This document shows positions 57,453 through 64,000 of a stretch of 64,000 nucleotides of DNA, piece by piece (the stretch's first letter is position 1; each line of letters opens with the position of its first letter). The notes under the pieces are model-generated. The model saw only the letters and a program-made list of their open reading frames with translations. It was not told the origin of the DNA and searched no databases. This stretch comes from a virus (taxonomy: Duplodnaviria; Caudoviricetes): the IMG/VR virus record IMGVR_UViG_3300021295_000001. One strand, given 5' to 3'. Position numbers and translations under genes: made by a program.

Positions 57453-57797
57453 ATGGAATTCAATGGGATATTCGGGTTGGGGCCAAGCGTCGACATATGC
57501 AAGATATACCTAGGCATAGTGGCTGGGCTCAGGAAGATTTACACTGGCGAAGTAGAATTGAGTTTCGACGACTTGGACATTTTCTTTGATTCGGACGAAC
57601 TGGATGCGGTGATGGCTTCCGTGCCGATTTACGCGAAGTTGTCTGGCCATTGGTTCGTCCACAGTAACGCCAAGCGCTCCCCAGGTCCTACATACAACGG
57701 TGATTTCACGGTGACGATTTGCCCTGAGGACACGGTGGATTCCGTGGTGGGCGCCGTCCTGTCGGATGACAGGTTGGAATCCCGTAAAGGTGATTGA
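57453..57797 (+). CDS. hypothetical protein
   Basis: GGAGG SD; followed by GGCC-GAAA-GGCCTTTTT terminator. Confidence 0.7.
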   Translation: MEFNGIFGLGPSVDICKIYLGIVAGLRKIYTGEVELSFDDLDIFFDSDELDAVMASVPIYAKLSGHWFVHSNAKRSPGPTYNGDFTVTICPEDTVDSVVGAVLSDDRLESRKGD

Positions 57798-57882
57798 ATT
57801 GGCCGAAAGGCCTTTTTGATTTCAATGTGGTTGACTTATAAATCAACTGGGTATATAATTTTGGCAACGGAGGTTTTAGAAT

Positions 57883-58755
57883 ATGTTCGATAGCAAAAAC
57901 GAAGAGGCGATGGCGATGTACAACCAGTTCGTGGCGTCAGCGAGCCAAATCAAGGGATTCGTCGTCGGCCAAAAGGAGGACGTCCCTTACGACATCACGG
58001 AATTGGCAAACGCCTACAGGAGCGCATGCGAGAGGTGCGACGAGGTGGCGAAGAACCAGATGCTGTCCGCCCTCATGGTGAGGTATTGGCATTTGATTCC
58101 GTACCTTTACGAAAAAAGCAAAGGCAGTGGCATCACGTTGGTCGATTCCGCCATGTGGGTGTACGATGGCATCGAGAAAGCGGTTCGATACGGGGCGTGG
58201 CTGGACCCCAACAAGCACGTGTCCAAGGAAAAGAAGGGGGCCGAGAAGTGCATCAATCAGGCAATCACGTCCGTCAGGGCGTCGTGGTATGAGCATTCCA
58301 ACCGCCAAATCAGGTCCAAGGACAACCAATTGCTTTCGCTCGACACGTCCGCGTATCAGGACGATTCTGGGAAAAGCATCCCGCTCGTAGACGATTTGCC
58401 GAAGGACGATTTCGGCCTCAGGTCCAGCGTCGCAACCACCATCCTCATGGACAGCCTTCTGAGCCAAAGGAAAGTCACGGACGCCTTGTTGGTCGACATG
58501 CTGATGAACGGTAGCGCGTTCCCGACGAGGGGCGGACTGCGCTTCTCCGAAACGTTGCTCGCGTCAGATTTGAAGTCGCTCGATTCCTCATACGCCGAGT
58601 CCTTCTGCGAAAAGTACGGTTTCGGGGACGACGGCATGGTGCGCGGAATCGTCTCCAAATTGCATGGCATGGGCCAAAACGATTTGCTGTCTCTAATCAG
58701 GTCCAAACTGGGCGAATTGCGTGCGTCGAGGGCCGTTTACGAATATGCCCACTGA
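57883..58755 (+). CDS. putative phage RNA polymerase sigma-factor-like protein
   Basis: Region-2-like ALMVRYWHLI...GIEKAV; LSLD...LVDDL; own TTGACT...TATAAT promoter. Confidence 0.45.
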   Translation: MFDSKNEEAMAMYNQFVASASQIKGFVVGQKEDVPYDITELANAYRSACERCDEVAKNQMLSALMVRYWHLIPYLYEKSKGSGITLVDSAMWVYDGIEKAVRYGAWLDPNKHVSKEKKGAEKCINQAITSVRASWYEHSNRQIRSKDNQLLSLDTSAYQDDSGKSIPLVDDLPKDDFGLRSSVATTILMDSLLSQRKVTDALLVDMLMNGSAFPTRGGLRFSETLLASDLKSLDSSYAESFCEKYGFGDDGMVRGIVSKLHGMGQNDLLSLIRSKLGELRASRAVYEYAH

Positions 58756-59437
58756 TTTCAAACGTGCGTCGTTCGACGTGAAGGCCTCCATGAGGATTGG
58801 CCTTGAGAACGCCGTGTTCTGCTATTGGCTACTCGGGTTGGTCGGCTCTGGCGATTGCGATGGCGAAGGCCTCTTCGACATAGACAGGGAGGCCACGAGG
58901 GAAGGCACGTCGTTGGGGGCCGATTCGCAATTGTCGTGCCAGGCTTCCCTGAGGAAATACGGCGTCGTCCGATATTCCGACGAAAACCCAGACAGGATAA
59001 GTTTCGATTTGGAAAAATACCTGTGGATAATCAGGAGCGACGACGAGGAGTTCAACAAGGAATTCCGCGTTTCCCCACGGAGCAAATCCGATGCGAGGAA
59101 AGCCAAGAAGGCCTGCGTGTCGAAGGCGCTCAAATCCTACATATCCGCCGAAGACCCAGACGTCAAACGCGAGTTGGAGCACTGGGTGGACGCCTTGGTC
59201 GATTCTGGTAAGATGACGAAGGAAACGGTCATCAGATTCCAGGAAACGCTCAATGGGTACGCCAAGGGTAGCAGGAAGGTAGCGTTGGACGTGATAGGCA
59301 TGGCCGTGGCGAGCAAATACTCAAATTGCGTGTGGGCCATCGAGTCCTACGAGCGCGAGAAAATGCAGATTAAGCCGAAATCTACGCCAACGATTAAGGT
59401 CGCCACGAAGGGCGGATTGAGCGAAAAGCGGTATTGA
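58745..59437 (+). CDS. putative replication initiator/winged-helix protein
   Basis: IGLENAVF..WL...F...R......L....Q.....L..YG.V pattern; next to DnaC/DnaB. Confidence 0.45.
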   Translation: MPTDFKRASFDVKASMRIGLENAVFCYWLLGLVGSGDCDGEGLFDIDREATREGTSLGADSQLSCQASLRKYGVVRYSDENPDRISFDLEKYLWIIRSDDEEFNKEFRVSPRSKSDARKAKKACVSKALKSYISAEDPDVKRELEHWVDALVDSGKMTKETVIRFQETLNGYAKGSRKVALDVIGMAVASKYSNCVWAIESYEREKMQIKPKSTPTIKVATKGGLSEKRY

Positions 59438-59486
59438 CCGACGCCCATCACGCTGGTATAATCTTTCTTGGATAGGAGGAAACGAC

Positions 59487-59972
59487 ATGTACAGAAACGA
59501 AGACAGAAGGGCGCTGTTCCATAGGGACGTGTTCTTCCCCAAAGGAACCGACGAGAAGGTCAGGAAGGCCCAAGAGGCTTTCGACGGGTACGTCGTGTCC
59601 CGTCACCTGAGCGACCACATCGGCAACAGGGAGGACAGGAGCCACGATTACAAGAGCGAGGCCATCTACGATTGCATAGACTCCCTGAGGACCACGCGTT
59701 ACGACGCGTTCGAGGTCGAATACGGGAAGGGGTTCTACGAATTCGGGACCGACGATTGGGTCGTTACCAAATACTGCGTGAGAATCCCGTATTCGCAAAA
59801 CCAGGACATCGTCGTCGTTGTCATGCCGAAATGGAATAAATTCACCCGCTCCTACGAAAAGAACGGCAACTTCATCAAGACGGCTTGGCTCAACCACATG
59901 AACGATGACCACAAGACCCTGGACTTCAGCAAATACAAAGACAAGGACTTCTGGGAAGGTTGCGGTTGGTGA
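59487..59972 (+). CDS. hypothetical protein with its own sigma70 promoter
   Basis: TTGACC...TGGTATAAT at 59434, AGGAGG SD. Confidence 0.7.
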   Translation: MYRNEDRRALFHRDVFFPKGTDEKVRKAQEAFDGYVVSRHLSDHIGNREDRSHDYKSEAIYDCIDSLRTTRYDAFEVEYGKGFYEFGTDDWVVTKYCVRIPYSQNQDIVVVVMPKWNKFTRSYEKNGNFIKTAWLNHMNDDHKTLDFSKYKDKDFWEGCGW

Positions 59973-60011
59973 TGGGTTCTCCCATCACCTTTGCGCCGTA
60001 TAATAAACGCG

Positions 60012-60698
60012 ATGATTGAAGAGAACGAGAACTGCTGGTTGCTCAACGAATGCAACCACATAGACTGCGATTGCTTCTGCCTTCGCAAGTACAAAACTGG
60101 GGCGCTGTACGACTATGCCTACATATCGGATAGGCAAAGGAGGAGGATTCCCCTCGTTTTGGACGCCGATGAGGCTGACAAGGATTCCTTCGAATACCTG
60201 TCGTCCATCGAATCGAACATAACCAATTTCGTGAAGTCTGGTGGCAATCTGTACATCCACTCGACGAACACTGGCAACGGAAAGACGTCGTGGGCATTGA
60301 GATTGGCCCAAGCGTACGTCAACCGAATTTGGGCGAAGAGCGACCTGTCATGCAGGGTCCTGTTCGTGCACGTTCCCAGGCTCCTGCTCGAATTGAAGAA
60401 CAACATATCGGGGCACAGCGCTTACGCGGAGTACATCAAGGAAAACGCCCCGACGGCCGATTTGGTCATTTGGGACGAGGTCGGTACGAAGGGCCTGACC
60501 CAATTCGAACACGAGAACATACTCAACTTCATAAACACGAGGCTCGACACTGGGAAGGCCAACGTGTACACGTCCAACCTAACCGACGAGGAATTGCACT
60601 TGGCTTTGGGGGACAGGCTTTATTCCAGGATAGCGCTCAGTTCCGACGACGTCGAATTGACTGGCGCCGACAAACGCGCCCTGAAACTTGGGCAATGA
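60012..60698 (+). CDS. DnaC/IstB-like AAA+ helicase loader
   Basis: TGNGKT, DLVIWDE, YTSNL, GDRLYSR. Confidence 0.88.
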   Translation: MIEENENCWLLNECNHIDCDCFCLRKYKTGALYDYAYISDRQRRRIPLVLDADEADKDSFEYLSSIESNITNFVKSGGNLYIHSTNTGNGKTSWALRLAQAYVNRIWAKSDLSCRVLFVHVPRLLLELKNNISGHSAYAEYIKENAPTADLVIWDEVGTKGLTQFEHENILNFINTRLDTGKANVYTSNLTDEELHLALGDRLYSRIALSSDDVELTGADKRALKLGQ

Positions 60699-60710
60699 GG
60701 AGGGACGTTC

Positions 60711-61979
60711 ATGATTCAACTTCAGTTTCTTAACTACGTCCTTCGCAACGGGGACGCTTCCATAATAACTAAGAACAACCTGAACGAGGAGTATTTCTCC
60801 GACTACAGGAACGAATACAGGTTCATCATGGACCACGTCTCGAAATACGGGAACGTCTGCGACTTGGAGACGTTCGTGGCGAAGTTCCCTAGGTTCGAGA
60901 TAATCGAGGTGACGGAAAACCCGAAGTACCTCCTGTCCGCTTTGTCCGACGATTACAACACGCGGAAGTTGGCGGAAACGTTCAACAAGGTCAAGACGCT
61001 CCTGTTGCAGAACAAGGTGGAAGACGCCATGAACGTGTACCGAAACGCCTCCCACTACCTCGACAACGGTTCGTCAATCGGGTGTGTCGACATCACGAAG
61101 GACGTCAGCCGTTACGACAGATACGTCGAGAAAACCAGGGATTTCGGAAAATACTTCGTCACCACTGGGTTCCCCGAATTGGACGCCGTGGTCGGCGGAT
61201 TCGACAGGCAGGAGGAACTGGCCACGATTGTGGCCAGGACCAACAACGGCAAATCGTGGATTATGCTGAAGTGCGCCACGGCAGCCTATATGCAGGGGCT
61301 CAACGTGGGCATCTACTCTGGCGAAATGAGCGAGGACAAGGTCGGGTACCGTTTCGATACGCTCATGGGCCACATAAGCAACGGCGGTTTGGTCCATGGC
61401 CAGGAAGCCATAATGAACCAATACAAATCCTACATCGACAACCTACCCTCTATGGGGAAGGGGTCAATCAAGGTGATGACGCCGAACATGATTGCTGGCA
61501 CGGCCGACGTGAACGCGCTCCGCTCGTTCATCGAGAAGGAGAACCTCGACATCCTCTTCGTCGACCAGTTGTCCCTATTGGAGGACTGCAGGCGCGGAAG
61601 GACGCCACCCGAGAAGGCATCCAACATCTCGAAGGACCTGAAAATCCTGCAAACCATGAAGAAAATCCCAATCATAAGCGTGTGCCAGCAGAACAGGACC
61701 ACGACGGAGAGCGGTGACGTGTCAACCACGCAAATAGCGCAGTCCGACCGAATCGGGCAGGACAGCACGACCGTAATCTTCCTCGAGAAGAAGGACGACA
61801 TCATGAAACTGACGCTCGTCAAAGCGAGGGATATGTCGAACGGGAACGTCCTCAACTACAAGGTGGACCTCAACAAAGGCATATTCAAATACATCCCAGT
61901 TTCCGACGACGGCGTTTCGTCCCAGGAATCCTCGGCCAGCCTTGAGGACCGCTATGGCTCTGGGGAGGAGTGCTTCTGA
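60711..61979 (+). CDS. DnaB-like replicative helicase
   Basis: TGFPELD, ARTNNGKS, SGEM, FVDQL, QQNR, IGQDS. Confidence 0.92.
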   Translation: MIQLQFLNYVLRNGDASIITKNNLNEEYFSDYRNEYRFIMDHVSKYGNVCDLETFVAKFPRFEIIEVTENPKYLLSALSDDYNTRKLAETFNKVKTLLLQNKVEDAMNVYRNASHYLDNGSSIGCVDITKDVSRYDRYVEKTRDFGKYFVTTGFPELDAVVGGFDRQEELATIVARTNNGKSWIMLKCATAAYMQGLNVGIYSGEMSEDKVGYRFDTLMGHISNGGLVHGQEAIMNQYKSYIDNLPSMGKGSIKVMTPNMIAGTADVNALRSFIEKENLDILFVDQLSLLEDCRRGRTPPEKASNISKDLKILQTMKKIPIISVCQQNRTTTESGDVSTTQIAQSDRIGQDSTTVIFLEKKDDIMKLTLVKARDMSNGNVLNYKVDLNKGIFKYIPVSDDGVSSQESSASLEDRYGSGEECF

Positions 61980-62950
61980 TGGACTTGGTGATAGAGAACC
62001 ATCTCATAGACGCGCCAATCGACAAGATTCTGACGGCCATAAAAAAGGAATTGGTCAACGGCAAATTGTCGGCTTTCGAAAGGAAAGGCGACAACTACTC
62101 CGTCACCTGCCCCCACCATAAGGGAGGGATGGAATCGCATCCCTCCTGCCAGATATACTGTGGCGATTCCCCCGACGTGGAATACGGTCACATGTACTGC
62201 TTCACTTGCGGTGAGCAGGGGCCTCTGTACCATTTCGTCGGGCTGTGCTTCGACCAAGACGACGAATTCGGCAAGGAGTGGTTGCTGGACAGGTTCGGTT
62301 CCATCCTATCAGACAGGGAACTCAACCTAACCGAGATAGAATTGCCCAAGAGCAGAACGAAGGACTTGGTGGACGGCACTGTCCTCGAGGGGATGCAGAA
62401 ATGGCATCCCTATCTGCAAAAGAGGCGCCTATCCCGCGACGTGTGCGAGAGATTCGGCGTGAGGTACGACCCCAAAAGCGAATGCATCGTGTTCCCAGTG
62501 TGGGACGAGGACGGGGACTTGGTCATGATGACCAGGAGAAGCGTCAACTCGAAGATGTTCCTGATAGACGCCGACAAGGAGAAGCCGATATACCTTTACA
62601 ACGAGGCGATAAAGGCAAACAAAGCGCCGACGATGGTCGTGGAATCGCAGATAAACGCGTTGACGGCTTGGGGTTGGGGAATACCGACGGTGGCGCTGTT
62701 CGGCACTGGGACGTCACACCAATACGAACTGTTGAACAAAGGGCCTTTGCGTTCATACCTCCTATGCCTGGACGGTGATGACGCTGGCAGGAAGGGAATC
62801 AGGAGGTTTCTGAAGAACATAAGGAAGGACGTGTTCGTCGACGTGGTGGTGATGCCCGACGGCAAAGACGTCAACGACATGACGTACGACGAATTCTCCT
62901 CGTTGGAGGTCATCGACGCCGACGAATGGATTAGGAGGTTCGGGAAATGA
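61979..62950 (+). CDS. DNA primase (zinc finger plus TOPRIM)
   Basis: CPHH...CFTC; VVES; CLDGDDAG; KDVND. Confidence 0.92.
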   Translation: MDLVIENHLIDAPIDKILTAIKKELVNGKLSAFERKGDNYSVTCPHHKGGMESHPSCQIYCGDSPDVEYGHMYCFTCGEQGPLYHFVGLCFDQDDEFGKEWLLDRFGSILSDRELNLTEIELPKSRTKDLVDGTVLEGMQKWHPYLQKRRLSRDVCERFGVRYDPKSECIVFPVWDEDGDLVMMTRRSVNSKMFLIDADKEKPIYLYNEAIKANKAPTMVVESQINALTAWGWGIPTVALFGTGTSHQYELLNKGPLRSYLLCLDGDDAGRKGIRRFLKNIRKDVFVDVVVMPDGKDVNDMTYDEFSSLEVIDADEWIRRFGK

Positions 62951-63402
62951 ACAACAACAAATTCGAATACATACGCGGGATATCGGATTCGCGCCCTGGA
63001 TTCGACCTTCCGACGAGGGCCACGAAAAGCAGTTGCGGTTACGATTTCCACACGCCAGTGGAATTCACCGTGGAACCGCACTCGACCACGACCATAAGGA
63101 TGGGAGTGAAGTGCAGGATTAACGAAGGCGAGTTCCTGTTCGTGGCGCCACGCAGTAGCATGGGGTTCCACGGAAGGCACATCGTGCTGACCAACACGGT
63201 CGGGCTGATAGACCCCGATTACTACAGCAACCCGAACAACGACGGCGAGATATGCGCCAGGTTCGCAAACTTGGGCGACGAACCGATAACGTTCAAGAAA
63301 AACGATAGGGTTATGCAGGGGGTTTTCCTGAAATTCGACACGACGTCGGACGATTGCGCGACAAACGAACGCGTCGGCGGACTGGGCTCCACTGGCGATT
63401 AA
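62947..63402 (+). CDS. dut: trimeric dUTPase
   Basis: GYDF, PRSS, GLIDPDY, MQG, RVGGLGSTG. Confidence 0.95.
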   Translation: MNNNKFEYIRGISDSRPGFDLPTRATKSSCGYDFHTPVEFTVEPHSTTTIRMGVKCRINEGEFLFVAPRSSMGFHGRHIVLTNTVGLIDPDYYSNPNNDGEICARFANLGDEPITFKKNDRVMQGVFLKFDTTSDDCATNERVGGLGSTGD

Positions 63403-63453
63403 ACTAACACGGTATAATAAGGACGGCAACAAAACCGAAAGGAAACAAAAAAC

Positions 63454-64000
63454 ATGGCTGAATACTCTTACTCGACTTACTTGGCTCAAAACAAGTTCGG
63501 AGCCAAAAAACAAAACCGCGACAGGAAGGTCGGATACTTCTACCTGTCGGACTACGACGATTCCGCTATCGTCAGATTCAACTACTCGTCACCAGAGGAG
63601 TTCAATATGATTGATGTCCATAAGTTCAAAGGCGAATATGGATATAGGAACGTGGCGTGCTTGCGCACACCGAAGGAACCCCTCGACAAATGCCCGTTCT
63701 GCAAGCACGGGGAACAGCGCAATTCCAAGTTCTTCGTCAAACTCATTGAGTACGTGAAGGACGAACAAGGTAACATCGTCGCGACGCCCAAGATTTGGGA
63801 GAGGCCGTCGGTATTTGCGGACACCATCGCCTCATATCTTCGCGATTACGGAGACCTAAGGGACGTCGTGTTCAAAATCGTCCGTTTAAGTTATAAGGGA
63901 GAAAAGAGGGTCAATTACGACATCAGGTTCATGAATCCCAAGATGTATGGGGAGGAGAACGGGTTCGTTAAGGACTTCTCTGGATTCGATGGCTTGGAAC
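63454..64000 (+). CDS. single-stranded DNA-binding protein (gp32-like), partial
   Basis: Open to window end; IVRF...VH...CLR....CPFC...KIWER. Confidence 0.7.
   Translation, partial: MAEYSYSTYLAQNKFGAKKQNRDRKVGYFYLSDYDDSAIVRFNYSSPEEFNMIDVHKFKGEYGYRNVACLRTPKEPLDKCPFCKHGEQRNSKFFVKLIEYVKDEQGNIVATPKIWERPSVFADTIASYLRDYGDLRDVVFKIVRLSYKGEKRVNYDIRFMNPKMYGEENGFVKDFSGFDGLE

Noticed and set aside
1-64000. Long minus-strand ORFs (for example 6324-7445, 53118-54056) and alternative-frame + ORFs
   Set aside because: They shadow well-supported + strand genes, as expected from codon bias, and show no motifs or SDs.
1-64000. Prophage boundaries, integrase or host genes
   Set aside because: None recognised; the whole window looks phage-derived, so lifestyle and host cannot be assigned.

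Overview
This window is 64 kb of a large tailed dsDNA bacteriophage with a T4-like myovirus gene set, and essentially all genes are on the + strand. Gene order: (1) small early genes under sigma70-type promoters; (2) head module with an intein-containing terminase large subunit, portal, prohead protease/scaffold and a major capsid gene split by a group I intron, followed by two free-standing endonuclease genes; (3) an accessory head region with four large mosaic ORFs whose domains are separated by repeated ES-(L/I)-x-E-(A/S/G) linkers resembling prohead-protease cleavage sites, plus a ~1.2 kb hairpin-dense, apparently non-coding unit with its own promoter and terminator; (4) neck, contractile tail, baseplate and fibre genes; (5) SNF2 helicase, class III ribonucleotide reductase with an AT-rich HNH-nrdG block, a sigma-like protein and a DnaC/DnaB/primase/dUTPase/SSB replication cluster. 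A TGCTAAATT motif recurs in front of late transcription units, and GATC, AGCT and CCGG appear to be purged. The two strongest novelty candidates are the giant structured RNA (about 24795-26025) and the protease-cleavable modular cargo polyproteins. All calls come from reading motifs by eye; no searches were run.
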